Notes under the pieces: model-generated
The model's input: the letters and a program-made list of their open reading frames with translations, nothing else
Database searches by the model: none
Told to the model about the DNA's origin: nothing
Assembly (NCBI GenBank): GCA_038064895.1
Contig: JBBTSA010000010.1
Coordinates: forward strand, 31,725-95,724
Length of the DNA: 64,000 nt
Direction: 5' to 3'
Source of the DNA: Patescibacteria group bacterium
Lineage (GTDB): Bacteria > Patescibacteriota > Microgenomatia > Daviesbacterales > UBA10151
Made by a program: the position numbers and the translations under genes
Part shown: positions 27,482 through 38,144 of the stretch, in pieces
Layout of the letters: every line of letters starts with the position of its first letter
Position numbering within the stretch: the stretch's first letter is position 1

Positions 27482-28624
27482 ATGGATGCAATTCTCCTAG
27501 TATTATCGTTGAGTTTTGGTCAACTGATTAAAGTGCCGATTGAAACGCAAGGCGGTCTAATTTTACTTGATTTAGCAGTAATAATTTTGTGCGTCCTGGG
27601 ACTCTTCCATACCTCCTTTAGACTTGCAAAACCCCCAATTTGGGTAAAGGCAGCTTTAGCATTTATTATGGTGGCCACAGCCTCATTAATTTTTACACCG
27701 CTTACTCTTACCCCATTTGAGTATTTTATATCATTCTCGTACATTATTCGGTTTTCCCTCTATATCTTTCTCGGATGGTTAATTTTTTCAAATGCCCTCC
27801 CGAATATAAAGGAAAATATTCACAAGGTTTTGCTTTTTTCTGGATTCACCATCGCAGTTTTGGGAACTTTGCAACTTGCGTTCATACCTGATCTAAGATT
27901 TATAACTAGATTTTACTGGGACCCTCACTTTTTCAGAACCGTTTCAACATTTTTAGATCCTAATTTTACCGGGGCATTTCTTGTTTTAACACTAATACTC
28001 TGGTACCAAAACCGTGTAGTATCGAAAAAGTGGCACTTACACATAGGGATTATTATCTATATTGCTCTTCTGACAACATTTTCAAGAGGTTCGTATTTAG
28101 CTTTTCTAACGGCTTTTTTAACATTATCTTTAATGAATAAATCCCTTAAATTAGGATTGATAACTATACTGTTGTTTTTGGGGCTGTTGCTTGGATTTTT
28201 ATCTTACGAAAGACTTGTAGCAGAACCTAAGGATATAGATAGAGCCCAATCTGCGCAGTCAAGATTAGGTACCTGGCAACAGGGCTTGGAACTTTTCCAA
28301 AATCATCCAATCCTGGGTATAGGTTTTAACAGTTATAGATTTGCGCTACGGCAGTACAATCTTGGGGATAAGCTTTTTTTACAAAGTCGCGGTTCATCCA
28401 CAAATGACTCCTCCTTTTTGTATATCACAGCAACAACAGGAATAATCGGTTTAAGTGTTTATATATTCTTCTTATTAACAATTGTCGGAAAAAGAAAATC
28501 CTATTTAACTTCAGGACTAATGGGACTTATTGCCCAAAGTTTTTTTACAAATACATTATTTTACCCGCCTGTCTTACTTTGGGTTATATTAGTTGCAGCA
28601 CTGGAAGACAAAACTTTTTCATAA
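27482..28624 (+). CDS. O-antigen ligase/polymerase family protein
   Basis: Multi-TM; R..STFLDPN, TFSRG, HPILGIGF. Confidence 0.85.
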   Translation: MDAILLVLSLSFGQLIKVPIETQGGLILLDLAVIILCVLGLFHTSFRLAKPPIWVKAALAFIMVATASLIFTPLTLTPFEYFISFSYIIRFSLYIFLGWLIFSNALPNIKENIHKVLLFSGFTIAVLGTLQLAFIPDLRFITRFYWDPHFFRTVSTFLDPNFTGAFLVLTLILWYQNRVVSKKWHLHIGIIIYIALLTTFSRGSYLAFLTAFLTLSLMNKSLKLGLITILLFLGLLLGFLSYERLVAEPKDIDRAQSAQSRLGTWQQGLELFQNHPILGIGFNSYRFALRQYNLGDKLFLQSRGSSTNDSSFLYITATTGIIGLSVYIFFLLTIVGKRKSYLTSGLMGLIAQSFFTNTLFYPPVLLWVILVAALEDKTFS

Positions 28625-29751
28625 ACACTTAAAGTTGCCTTTGCAGCTTTTTCCCAAGAAAATTTTTTAGCTTGTTCAAAACCTTTTTTTACTAAATCCT
28701 CTCTTAATCTTTGATTATGCAAAATCCTTTCAACCGCCTCTACTATATCCCCTGTATCCTTTGGGTTTACATAAAGGGCAGCGTTCCCTCCCACCTCGGT
28801 TAAACTGGAAGTCTTAGAAGTAATAACCGGACAACCGCATGCAAAAGCTTCAAGAACAGGAAGACCCAAACCTTCATAAAGCGAGGGGAAAAGAAACAGC
28901 TTTGCTCCGGAAAAAAGAGCCGGTAAATCCTTATCATTAACAAAATTTGTAAGGATTATCTTATCTTCAACTCCAAGATCCTTTATTTTCCTCCTCCAAT
29001 CTCTCTCTTCTGAACCAATCAAATTGCAAACCACAACCAAGTTTAAATCTAAATTTTTAGTTAGTGCAAACATTCTCTCTGTATTTTTATGGAAACTGTG
29101 TGTACTGACAGTTAAAATATATTTATTCTTAATCCCGTATTTACTTAACACCCTGGTTACTTCTTGTTTATTGATAACTTTAAATCTCTCATCAAATGCT
29201 CCGTACACAATGTCTATTTTGTTTGCAGGAATCTTTAGAATTTCTATTAAATCCTTTTTAGAAGACTTTGAAATAGTAATAATCCTGGATGCCTTTTTTG
29301 CTTGTTCCAACCTTTTCAAATACCAATCTTTAGCTTTTTTGTTTTTAAAATATTTATCCGGAAAGACTAAAGGGATTACATCATATAAAGTAACAACAGT
29401 CGGAATATCAGTTGGGATATCTAAATAATACACTTCAAAAAGAGACGTTATATGTACTAAATCAGGTTTTATTTTTTTCAGTATTCCGGACCAAACAAAC
29501 GAAAAAAAAGGATCCAGCCGTCTCAACCCCCTTTTGGGCCAATATAGCGCAGGTATAGAGGTAAATTTATCTTGTGGATCGACTTTGAATTTCTTTGGTA
29601 ATTTCTTACCCGGAAAAGTGATGAGATTAAAAGAAAAATTAGGATGGGGCGCAGTAAGCAGATGTTCAAATAGTGATTTGTTATAGTAACCTATCCCTCT
29701 TTTTCCGGTTGGGCTCTCTAAACATCTTAAGTCAACTGCAATTTTCTTCAT
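28561..29751 (-). CDS. GT4 glycosyltransferase
   Basis: FPSLYEGLGLPVLEAFACGCPV, FSWEKAA. Confidence 0.9.
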   Translation of the reverse strand: MKKIAVDLRCLESPTGKRGIGYYNKSLFEHLLTAPHPNFSFNLITFPGKKLPKKFKVDPQDKFTSIPALYWPKRGLRRLDPFFSFVWSGILKKIKPDLVHITSLFEVYYLDIPTDIPTVVTLYDVIPLVFPDKYFKNKKAKDWYLKRLEQAKKASRIITISKSSKKDLIEILKIPANKIDIVYGAFDERFKVINKQEVTRVLSKYGIKNKYILTVSTHSFHKNTERMFALTKNLDLNLVVVCNLIGSEERDWRRKIKDLGVEDKIILTNFVNDKDLPALFSGAKLFLFPSLYEGLGLPVLEAFACGCPVITSKTSSLTEVGGNAALYVNPKDTGDIVEAVERILHNQRLREDLVKKGFEQAKKFSWEKAAKATLSVYEKVLSSSAATNITQSKTGG

Positions 29752-30353
29752 TTTACAATTTTTGCAAGAAACATAGTATTTATTACCTTATAAACAATCC
29801 GTCCCCTAAGGATAGTTTTTCTGTGAGGATTGTAACTTAAATTTTTTAAAATGTGGTACTTTTTGGATAAGAGTTTGTACCAGTTTTCATCAGTCAAAAG
29901 CCTCTCATCACCAAAATCCAAAACAGAATAATATTTATTAGGGACACTAAGTATGACTACTTTACCTACTCTTAATTGTTCATCCAGCAGTTTAAAAATT
30001 TCATCATCCTGGAAGTGCTCCAGAAGCCCTTGGCTCAGTACCACATCGAATGATTTATCCTTAAAAGGTAAATTAAAAGCATTTCCATGAATAAATTTGG
30101 CCTTTCCATTTAATTTTTTGGATAAATTTCTGGCTTTTTTCAAAATATCTTGATCATTATCCAAACCAGTAACATCTAAACCTAAATAAGAAAAAAATAT
30201 AGACATAGAGCCTGTACCCACTCCTATCTCCAGTATTTTTTTTGGGGCCTCCTCCCAAACCCAAGTAAACAATTCCAAGTGACAAAAGGTATTTTGAATC
30301 AGAAACTTTAAATTAACTGTTTTGGAATAAAATTTTCCCCAGCTTTTCTTCAT
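29748..30353 (-). CDS. Class I SAM-dependent methyltransferase
   Basis: ILEIGVGTG, LPFKDKSFDVV, LLEHF. Confidence 0.88.
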   Translation of the reverse strand: MKKSWGKFYSKTVNLKFLIQNTFCHLELFTWVWEEAPKKILEIGVGTGSMSIFFSYLGLDVTGLDNDQDILKKARNLSKKLNGKAKFIHGNAFNLPFKDKSFDVVLSQGLLEHFQDDEIFKLLDEQLRVGKVVILSVPNKYYSVLDFGDERLLTDENWYKLLSKKYHILKNLSYNPHRKTILRGRIVYKVINTMFLAKIVK

Positions 30354-31576
30354 GATTTTAGTACCTTAGTCATCAGGAATATAAAGAAAATAATAAAACT
30401 TAAAGCTTCTGAAGCAACTGTTATCCATGAAGCAGCCAAATATCCGTATTGAGGAATAAATATCAAGTTTAAGCATATGTTTAAGCTTAACAAAATTACT
30501 GAAAAAGCAAGAATTGTTTTAAGATATTTATCTGATGAAAATAAAACTTGTACTGCCGGGAAATGACAAAACAAAAAAGGTATGGCAAAAGATAGTATTT
30601 GAATCGCTTTAATTGCCGGAATGTAACCGGGTAAGAATGTTTGTACTATCACAGGCAATATAAGTAGATAACCCCCTACCACTGCCAGGCTTAACAGAAA
30701 TAAAACTTTTAGGCTTTTGAAATAGATTTTTTTAACCTGGTTTTTATCGGTTTCATGAAGTTTTGCCAAGACAGGAAAGATAGCTGTTGATAAAGCTGCA
30801 GGAATAAAAACCAAAGCTTCTAAAAATTTATATGCTGCTCCATATAGGCCGGTTTCAAAATTTCCTTTCATATAACTTAGAATGAGAGTGTCTATCCTAA
30901 AATATAAAAGCCCTAAAATGCCTATGAGTCCGTACGGCAGCGATCCTTTAATAATCTGTTTTAAATTTTTCCAGTTTACATCTAAAGAGAGGTGAAGCCG
31001 CAATTTTTTTAAAAAAAAGGCTTGCAAGACCAAATAAAACAATTGGCCCCAAACCAAAGCAGTGACCGCTCCTGTTGGTCCAAAACCAGAATTTATCATA
31101 GCCATCCCTAAAATTGTTGTGGAAAAACTTAAGACAATAAGTGAAATTGAAGAATATTCAAGCTTTCTGATAGCCATAAAAATACCGTCAAAAGTTAAAT
31201 TAACTGCTTGGGGAACAACAGCTAAAACCGCCAGGAGGGTAATGCTGACGCGTATTTTATCTGGGTCCAGAAAATATAAGATGACAGAAAATACTGCAAA
31301 AAGAACCGTTGTAAAAGTTAATCTTAGACAACTAATGCTGGCACAAAGAGATGTTGCTTTTTCGCTACTGCGGGCCACCTCTCTTACCAAAAATCTGGTA
31401 AAACCAAATTCTGCTGCAGATGAAACAATGGAAAAATAGGCTAAAGCTGCACTGTAAAGTCCAAAATCAGAAACCCCTAAATTTTTTGCCAAAAAAATTG
31501 TATAAAAAAATCCAACAATTCTGGTTAAAACCTGGGCCATTATTAACCAGGAGCTTTGTTTAAGTATTTCTTTCAT
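30350..31576 (-). CDS. Wzx-type polysaccharide flippase
   Basis: Multi-TM; LG..DFGLYS, RID.LIL, G.Y.AAYK. Confidence 0.88.
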   Translation of the reverse strand: MKEILKQSSWLIMAQVLTRIVGFFYTIFLAKNLGVSDFGLYSAALAYFSIVSSAAEFGFTRFLVREVARSSEKATSLCASISCLRLTFTTVLFAVFSVILYFLDPDKIRVSITLLAVLAVVPQAVNLTFDGIFMAIRKLEYSSISLIVLSFSTTILGMAMINSGFGPTGAVTALVWGQLFYLVLQAFFLKKLRLHLSLDVNWKNLKQIIKGSLPYGLIGILGLLYFRIDTLILSYMKGNFETGLYGAAYKFLEALVFIPAALSTAIFPVLAKLHETDKNQVKKIYFKSLKVLFLLSLAVVGGYLLILPVIVQTFLPGYIPAIKAIQILSFAIPFLFCHFPAVQVLFSSDKYLKTILAFSVILLSLNICLNLIFIPQYGYLAASWITVASEALSFIIFFIFLMTKVLKS

Positions 31577-31599
31577 CCATAAATTGTACCAAATTTTTG

Positions 31600-31671
31600 T
31601 GGAGTCGACAGGGTTTGAACCTGTGACCTCCCCGATGTGAACGGGGCGCTCTACCGCTGAGCTACGACTCC
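31600..31671 (-). tRNA. tRNA-Val(CAC)
   Basis: GGAGTCGTAGCTCAGCGGTAGAGCGCCCCGTT-CAC-ATCGGGGAGGTCACAGGTTCAAACCCTGTCGACTCCA. Confidence 0.94.
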
Positions 31672-31734
31672 GCTACCACATTTTAACATTCACACTCTTG
31701 CGCAACAACTCAAACCTTTGAGATAATCAAACTC

Positions 31735-32319
31735 ATGAACAATATAGATGATTATTTTGGCCCGGAGGAAAATAAAGGCTTTTTTGAAAATTTTAAATCC
31801 CACATAATAGATTTTATTCAAACCCTTGTTGTATTTGGAGCAATTTTTGCTCTGATTTATTTATTTGTATCCCAACCACACAAAGTTTCAGGTAATTCCA
31901 TGGTACCGACTTTTAAAAACGGTGACTATATTTTGACCGATAAGCTAAGTTACAGATTCGGTGTCCCCAAAAGGGGAGATATTATTGTATTAAAAAATCC
32001 AAGAGATGAATCGCAGGATTTCATAAAAAGAATTATCGCAATCCCGGGAGACACTTTACAAATTGAAAACTTACAAGTTTTTGTAAATGGGCAAACTCTC
32101 TCTGAATCTTACTTACCTGCGGAAACCCCAACACGTACGGGAAGCTTCTTAACAGAAGGGTCAGAGGTAAAAGCCGGCCCTAATCAATACTTTGTTTTCG
32201 GCGATAATAGAGAACATTCTTCCGATTCAAGAGAATGGGGACCGGTTTCAAAAGAAGAGATTGTGGGTAAAGTGTTTTTCAGATATTGGCCTCCAAAAAC
32301 CCTTGGTCTCATCCCTTAA
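31735..32319 (+). CDS. lepB: Signal peptidase I
   Basis: GNSMVPT, FIKRII, GDNREHSSDSR. Confidence 0.95.
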   Translation: MNNIDDYFGPEENKGFFENFKSHIIDFIQTLVVFGAIFALIYLFVSQPHKVSGNSMVPTFKNGDYILTDKLSYRFGVPKRGDIIVLKNPRDESQDFIKRIIAIPGDTLQIENLQVFVNGQTLSESYLPAETPTRTGSFLTEGSEVKAGPNQYFVFGDNREHSSDSREWGPVSKEEIVGKVFFRYWPPKTLGLIP

Positions 32320-33160
32320 GCCTAAAATAACCCACTACAGCTTCGCGAATATCTAAAAGTATAGGCGTTGTAACAAGCGGCTCACCCTCTAAAACAAGTT
32401 CCAATGTGGCCTTTTTGCCGGTTTGAACATATTTCACTTGAGATTTTGCTTTTTGAGAAAGCGTTTGGGTTAAATCATTCTGCACAAGATCCAATTCTTC
32501 AGAAATCCTATGCATGGATTCCGTGACAGCACTCTTTTTGGGCCCTACAAAATGTTGAGACCGAAATCTTCTTACAAACTCTTCTGTTCCCCTTACTGAC
32601 AGATTTCTCTTTAAAACTTCTTTGTAAGCCTCAATTATAAGGTGAGGATCTTCCAATGCAGAAAGGGCTCTTGCATGCCCTTCTGTTGTTGCACCGCTCA
32701 TTAAAGCATCCTTGAGGGCATCCGGCAAAGTCAGAAGTCTTATTGTATTGGAAATATATGATGGAGACTTTGATACCCTTTCTGCAATCTCGGCATTGGT
32801 TAAACCAAATTCCTCCATGAGTCTTTTATAGGCTTGAGCACGTTCCAAGGGATTTAGATCAATTCTTTGTACATTTTCAACAATTGCCATCTCAAGCATG
32901 CCTTGCGGAGATGTCTCACGAATGATTACCGGTACCCTACTAAGTCCTACCAATTTCCCGGCTCTCCAACGTCTTTCTCCTGCTATAATTTGAAATCCTG
33001 CAGGAGTTTTTGCAACGACTAGGGGCTCTAAAACTCCGTGAGCTCTTATAGATTCGGCCAGTTCGGAAAGGGATTCTGGAGAAATTAAACCTCTTGGTTG
33101 CAGCGGATTTGGTTGCAAAAGGTCAATTTCTAATTCAAAAATTTGTTCTTGATTGTCCAC
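32309..33160 (-). CDS. parB: ParB/Spo0J partition protein
   Basis: PNPLQPR, IIAGERRWRA, ENVQR.DLNPLE, HTH. Confidence 0.93.
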   Translation of the reverse strand: MDNQEQIFELEIDLLQPNPLQPRGLISPESLSELAESIRAHGVLEPLVVAKTPAGFQIIAGERRWRAGKLVGLSRVPVIIRETSPQGMLEMAIVENVQRIDLNPLERAQAYKRLMEEFGLTNAEIAERVSKSPSYISNTIRLLTLPDALKDALMSGATTEGHARALSALEDPHLIIEAYKEVLKRNLSVRGTEEFVRRFRSQHFVGPKKSAVTESMHRISEELDLVQNDLTQTLSQKAKSQVKYVQTGKKATLELVLEGEPLVTTPILLDIREAVVGYFRLKG

Positions 33161-33178
33161 GATATTAATTCTTATCCA

Positions 33179-33424
33179 TCAAATTACATTAACAATTGTT
33201 TTGTCCAGTTTCTTCTTAAACTCCACTTTACCCGATGAAACTGCAAAAATTGTGTAGTCGTTCCCCTGTTTCGTACCGACCCCCGAATAAAACTTATTCC
33301 CTTTTTGTCTAACTATTATATTGCCTGAAGAAACAATCTGTCCGCCATATTTTTTGACTCCTAATCTTTTGGAGATGGAATCCCGATTTTTTTTAGTTGT
33401 AGATCCGCCTTTTTTATGTGCCAT
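33179..33424 (-). CDS. rpmA: 50S ribosomal protein L27
   Basis: MAHKKGGSTTKKNRDS.SKRLGVK, GNIIVRQKG. Confidence 0.96.
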   Translation of the reverse strand: MAHKKGGSTTKKNRDSISKRLGVKKYGGQIVSSGNIIVRQKGNKFYSGVGTKQGNDYTIFAVSSGKVEFKKKLDKTIVNVI

Positions 33425-33464
33425 GAAAAGGAGTATAACTTCTGTGAAAACTAAAATCAATATA

Positions 33465-33770
33465 TCATTTTTTCACAGTATAAATAAGTTCGGTTTTCCT
33501 TGGCCTAATACCTGTAACTTTTCTATAATTTGCTTTAGCATGGAATTTCGCTACTCTGATTTTATCTCCTTTTACCATCTCAATAATGTCCAAAGTAAGC
33601 TTCTCTTTTAAATAGGGGGTTCCAATTTTAACTTTGCCATTTTCTGCTAACATCAGAACCAATGCTTCAGTCTTTTTTTCCCTATCATTTAACCGGTCCA
33701 CAATAAATGGCTGATTTGGAAAAACCCTATATTGTTTTCCGGAAATTTCACAAATAGCATAATCTAACAT
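33465..33770 (-). CDS. rplU: 50S ribosomal protein L21
   Basis: YAI.EI.GKQYRV, G.PYL, K...NYRK..G.R; upstream of rpmA. Confidence 0.93.
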   Translation of the reverse strand: MLDYAICEISGKQYRVFPNQPFIVDRLNDREKKTEALVLMLAENGKVKIGTPYLKEKLTLDIIEMVKGDKIRVAKFHAKANYRKVTGIRPRKTELIYTVKK

Positions 33771-33779
33771 GCGAAGATT

Positions 33780-34835
33780 CTACATTTTCTTTCTGTACTT
33801 TGCAACAGATGCTACAAAGCCTAAGGCTAGTAAAGTTGCAATAAGTGAAGATCCGCCATATGAAATTAGAGGAAGCGTAATGCCCGTTATTGGTAAAACT
33901 CCAACATTCATTCCAATATTAACAACGGTTTGAAAAAGAAGCATCGCTACAACTCCCAGGATTATTAGGTAACCAAAACGGTCATAAGCGCTTGCTGCAA
34001 TCTTCATACAGAAACTAAGCAAGAAAAGATATATTGATAGAATTAAGGTTGATCCTAAAAATCCCAACTCTTCTGCAATAGCGGCAAAAATAAAATCTGT
34101 TCTGAATTCGGGTAAAAATTGGAGTCTGGATTGGGTTCCGCGGCCTAATCCTCTTCCCAGCAGTTGCCCAGAACCAATGGCGATTTGAGACTGGATTAAA
34201 TTATACCCTCTACCTAAAGGGTCTGACTGCGGATCTAAAAATCCTGTTATTCTTTCTTTTTGATAATCTTTTAATGAAAAAATACCCGGAGGTGTAACTA
34301 CTATAAGAAATAGCAAAATAACTAAAGTCTTTTTAAAAGAAATGCCTGATGCAAAAAGCATTGTTGCCCAGATAGCCATGATAGTAAGTGTGGAACCTAA
34401 ATCAGGCTGCTTAAAAATCAGAAAAATAAAAGGAAGCGTCCAAAGTAGACTTTTAAGGATATTCCCCGTGTTAGGAGAGTTCATGGTCCAAAATTGTGCT
34501 AGAAAAAGAATAAGAGCAGGCTTTGCAAATTCTGAAGGCTGAATATTAATAATGCCTAAAGGTATCCATCTTAAAACTCCTCTTGTTTCAATACCTAAAA
34601 ACAAAACAATCAATAAAAGTAAAATTACAGAAATATAAAAAGGTAAAATAAAATTTTTTATGGAACGGTAATCAAATTGTGAGGTAAAAAGATAAATCAA
34701 AAGGCCAAAAAAAGCAAATATTGCCTGTAAAATTGCAAGCTCCTTAGAGGAAGAATAAATTACTAAAATACCAACAGAAAGAAGAAGTATTACACAAATT
34801 GTAACTGGCCAATTAATTAATGAAAATAACTTCAC
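33780..34835 (-). CDS. rodA: SEDS peptidoglycan polymerase RodA
   Basis: QPSEFAK, QPDLG, GYN..QS.IAIGSG, LPE..TDFIF, SYGGSS. Confidence 0.9.
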   Translation of the reverse strand: MKLFSLINWPVTICVILLLSVGILVIYSSSKELAILQAIFAFFGLLIYLFTSQFDYRSIKNFILPFYISVILLLLIVLFLGIETRGVLRWIPLGIINIQPSEFAKPALILFLAQFWTMNSPNTGNILKSLLWTLPFIFLIFKQPDLGSTLTIMAIWATMLFASGISFKKTLVILLFLIVVTPPGIFSLKDYQKERITGFLDPQSDPLGRGYNLIQSQIAIGSGQLLGRGLGRGTQSRLQFLPEFRTDFIFAAIAEELGFLGSTLILSIYLFLLSFCMKIAASAYDRFGYLIILGVVAMLLFQTVVNIGMNVGVLPITGITLPLISYGGSSLIATLLALGFVASVAKYRKKM

Positions 34836-34840
34836 TTTTT

Positions 34841-37684
34841 CTAATTCTGCTTAATAATAGAAAGTATATCACCATTTATGATCGACACTGAAGCAGTACT
34901 AGATAGTATTTGTTTTTCAAATGCCTTTGGCCAAGAAGGAGCTATAATTTTTGTTCTATCCTTTAAAGTCATATTAGCTTCTTTTCTTAACTGCTGGATC
35001 ATTCTTATTAAATCTCTTGCCTCTCCTTCTGTTCTAAGTGCAGGGGTAATTTTTGTATCAAGGGAAACTTTAATTTCATCTTTTGACCCCGATTTAATCG
35101 GGGTTGATGATTTTTTATAACTGATAACCTTTACATTTAGTTCTTCAGCCAATATTTTTTCTAACTCAATATCTAATCGCTTATTGTACTCATAAACTAG
35201 AGATGCTAGGGGTTGCCTTAATTTTATACTTACTTTTTTTCTTTCCGCATGACCCAACTCTGCAATTTTTCTAACAATCTTCATATTATTTACCAAATCC
35301 TTATTAATTAAACCTTTATCTTCTAAAGGATAATCTTCCAAATGAACTGAAGTTTCCTTAACTAAATTTCTAAATATCACATCTGAAAGAAAAGGCATGA
35401 ATGGTGCTAGTAATTTTGAGATGGTCACTAAAACCTTATACATTACTGACAAAGCCTCCACTCTATTCCTTGATCTTCTTATATACCATGTTGAAAAGTC
35501 TGAAGTTATAAAATCTTCAATAGCCCTAGAAGAAGACGTTGCATCATACTTATCTAATTTTTCATTTACTAATACTACTAGTTCATTCAGTCTTGTAAGG
35601 ATCCATACATCCAGCACACTCTGATTATCAATCTTTACATCTTTCCAATTTGTTGCATTGGCATAATCAATAAAATATTTATAACAATTCCAAAGAATAA
35701 GGGTAAACTTTCTATGTTTTTCTAGTACCAAGTCTTTAGAAAATAGATAATTTCCCCCAGCTGGAGCCCCTGTATACATATACCACCTCATGGTATCAGC
35801 ACCTGCTGAAGGAATTATATCCATAGGATTTACAACGTTTCCCTTTGATTTACTCATTTTCTGCCCTTTCTCATCGAAAATTAATCCTGTTGAAATAACA
35901 TTTCTGAAAGGGGCAGGTATTTCTTCTCCCAAAAGCATAGCTTCTGCCATTAAAGTAAAGAACCATCCTCTTGTTTGATCAATTCCCTCAACTATAAAGT
36001 CTGCTGGGTACCACTGCTTATAAATTTGCTGATTTTCAAATGGATAATGCCATTGGGCAAAAGGCATGGCTCCAGAGTCCATCCAAACATCAGCAACATC
36101 TGGTATTCTTTTGCATATCTTGCCACAATCTTCACATTTAAACGCAACTTCATCTATAAAAGGCTTATGAAGATCCTCCGGAACTTTGGCTCCTAAAGAT
36201 TTTAACTGCTCTCTGCTACCTATTACTTTAATATGTTCTCCACAAGTCCAAATAGGAAGTGGGGTTCCCCAAAATCTGTTTCTGGAAATATTCCAATCAA
36301 CTAAAGTCTCCAACCAATTTTTCATACGTCCACTCTTTATAGTCTTTGGCATCCAATTAATTTTTTGATTATCTTCCAATAATTTATCTTTTACAGAAGT
36401 AGTCCTTATAAACCAGGCATCAAGGGCATAGTAAAGAATTGGTGTAGAACATCTCCAGCAGAATGGGTATGTATGTTTTATAGTTTCTGCTTTATATAAA
36501 ACACCACTTTGCTTTAAATCCTCAATAATTTCCTTGTCAGCAGATTTTACAAATTTTCCTGCATACTCTTTAACTTCAGGAATAAATTGTCCTTTTAAAT
36601 TTATTAGATGTTTTTGTGGTAAACCTTCTCTTTTTATTAAATCAAAATCCTCTTGTCCATACATTGTCCCTGTGTGAACAATACCAGTTCCATCATCTTC
36701 TGAGGCAAAATCAGACTCAAAAATCCTGTGGGATTTTGAATTGAAAAGATACGGAAATAAAGGTTTATATTTTTTACCTACAAGTTCTGAAGCTTTAACA
36801 TTTTTTATTATTCTAACTGCATCATCTAAAACGGATAATCTTTTTTTAGCAAGAATATATTTTTCTCCATTATTTTCTACTTTTACATACTCAATGTCTT
36901 TGCCTACTGCTAAAGCAGTATTGGAAGGAAGAGTCCATGGAGTTGTGGTCCATGCTAAAACATAAGTTCCTGGCTCATCCAAAAGTTCAAATTTTACATA
37001 AACAGCAGGATCTTCAGTATCATCTTTGTATCCCAGGGCTAACTCGTGAGATGAGAGTGATGTTCCACAACGGGGACAATAAGGCACAACTTTGTAATCC
37101 TTATACAAAAATCCCTTTTTATTAACCTCTGATAAAAAATGCCAAATACTTTCAATATAGTCATTATCAAAAGTTACATAGGCACTGTCAAAATCAATCC
37201 AAAAACCTATCCTTTTTGTTAAATTTATCCATTCATCAGTGTATTTAAAAACTGATTCCTTACATTTTTCATTAAAATATTTAATTGATTCAAACTCATT
37301 TTTCTTAAGAGTGACTATATCTTGTTTGCCTTTAAGGCCTAAACTTTTTTCTACTTCAATTTCAACTGGCAGACCGTGAGTATCCCAACCAGCTTTTCTT
37401 TCTACCAAATATCCCTTCATTGTTCTATATCTTAGAATTAAGTCCTTCAGAGAACGCTGTAGTACATGACCCATATGAGGAAGGCCATTAGCTGTGGGGG
37501 GACCTTCATACCAAACAAATCTTTCCTTTCCTTTTCTATTTTCTACTGATTTTTTAAAAGTATTATCTTTTTCCCAAAATTTTAGTATTTCTTCCTCAAG
37601 TTCTGCAAAATTAATTTGTGAAGAAATAGGTTTAAAACCTTTAGGTTTCAAGGTTCCACGAAGGGGGTTCTTCAATTTAGCCAT
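34841..37684 (-). CDS. ileS: Isoleucine-tRNA ligase (IleRS2 type)
   Basis: EGPPTANG.PHMGH, GWDTHGLPVE, WTTTPWTL, EGIDQTRGWF, KMSKS. Confidence 0.96.
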   Translation of the reverse strand: MAKLKNPLRGTLKPKGFKPISSQINFAELEEEILKFWEKDNTFKKSVENRKGKERFVWYEGPPTANGLPHMGHVLQRSLKDLILRYRTMKGYLVERKAGWDTHGLPVEIEVEKSLGLKGKQDIVTLKKNEFESIKYFNEKCKESVFKYTDEWINLTKRIGFWIDFDSAYVTFDNDYIESIWHFLSEVNKKGFLYKDYKVVPYCPRCGTSLSSHELALGYKDDTEDPAVYVKFELLDEPGTYVLAWTTTPWTLPSNTALAVGKDIEYVKVENNGEKYILAKKRLSVLDDAVRIIKNVKASELVGKKYKPLFPYLFNSKSHRIFESDFASEDDGTGIVHTGTMYGQEDFDLIKREGLPQKHLINLKGQFIPEVKEYAGKFVKSADKEIIEDLKQSGVLYKAETIKHTYPFCWRCSTPILYYALDAWFIRTTSVKDKLLEDNQKINWMPKTIKSGRMKNWLETLVDWNISRNRFWGTPLPIWTCGEHIKVIGSREQLKSLGAKVPEDLHKPFIDEVAFKCEDCGKICKRIPDVADVWMDSGAMPFAQWHYPFENQQIYKQWYPADFIVEGIDQTRGWFFTLMAEAMLLGEEIPAPFRNVISTGLIFDEKGQKMSKSKGNVVNPMDIIPSAGADTMRWYMYTGAPAGGNYLFSKDLVLEKHRKFTLILWNCYKYFIDYANATNWKDVKIDNQSVLDVWILTRLNELVVLVNEKLDKYDATSSSRAIEDFITSDFSTWYIRRSRNRVEALSVMYKVLVTISKLLAPFMPFLSDVIFRNLVKETSVHLEDYPLEDKGLINKDLVNNMKIVRKIAELGHAERKKVSIKLRQPLASLVYEYNKRLDIELEKILAEELNVKVISYKKSSTPIKSGSKDEIKVSLDTKITPALRTEGEARDLIRMIQQLRKEANMTLKDRTKIIAPSWPKAFEKQILSSTASVSIINGDILSIIKQN

Positions 37685-37730
37685 GGGATAATTTTACGTT
37701 TTGCAGGTACGTTTAGCAAGCTTTTAATTA

Positions 37731-38144
37731 TCATTTAAGATCTGAAAGTAATTTTGTAGATTTAAAATTTGTTAACTCGGCGAATTTTCGATCAGCAGTT
37801 ATAAATGTTGTTTTATGTCTTTTGGCAATAACTACATATACCATATCGTAAACAGAAGTATGGTAACTTTTTGCCAATCTTGCTGCCACTTTAATATCGA
37901 TTTCTGTAGGATAGTAAATGTTTAGGCCCATTTGATAAAGCTTAGTAAGAGAATTTGTCATTTTCCAATTAGAAATTTTAGCTTTCGTGGCTAAGGTATT
38001 GGCAACTTCATAAAAAAGTAGATCCGGAATAAAAATTTCAACTTTCGCTGCGATATGATTCTTAAAAAGTTTAATAGCTTGATCGTGTCCTTCTTCATGA
38101 GATAGAACAAGTTTATTGACAACTGAAGCATCTATGACTATCAT
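37731..38144 (-). CDS. VapC/PIN toxin
   Basis: IVIDASV, P.L..YEVAN, YD..Y...A, TAD. Confidence 0.88.
   Translation of the reverse strand: MIVIDASVVNKLVLSHEEGHDQAIKLFKNHIAAKVEIFIPDLLFYEVANTLATKAKISNWKMTNSLTKLYQMGLNIYYPTEIDIKVAARLAKSYHTSVYDMVYVVIAKRHKTTFITADRKFAELTNFKSTKLLSDLK

Noticed and set aside
28561-28624. 64-bp convergent overlap of the O-antigen ligase and GT4 genes as an antisense system
   Set aside because: Tail-to-tail overlaps are common in compact genomes, and nothing else supports a regulatory role.
32309-33160. parB without an adjacent parA as a plasmid or prophage marker
   Set aside because: It is a typical chromosomal Spo0J-like sequence among housekeeping genes; I saw no phage or plasmid genes and no parS site.
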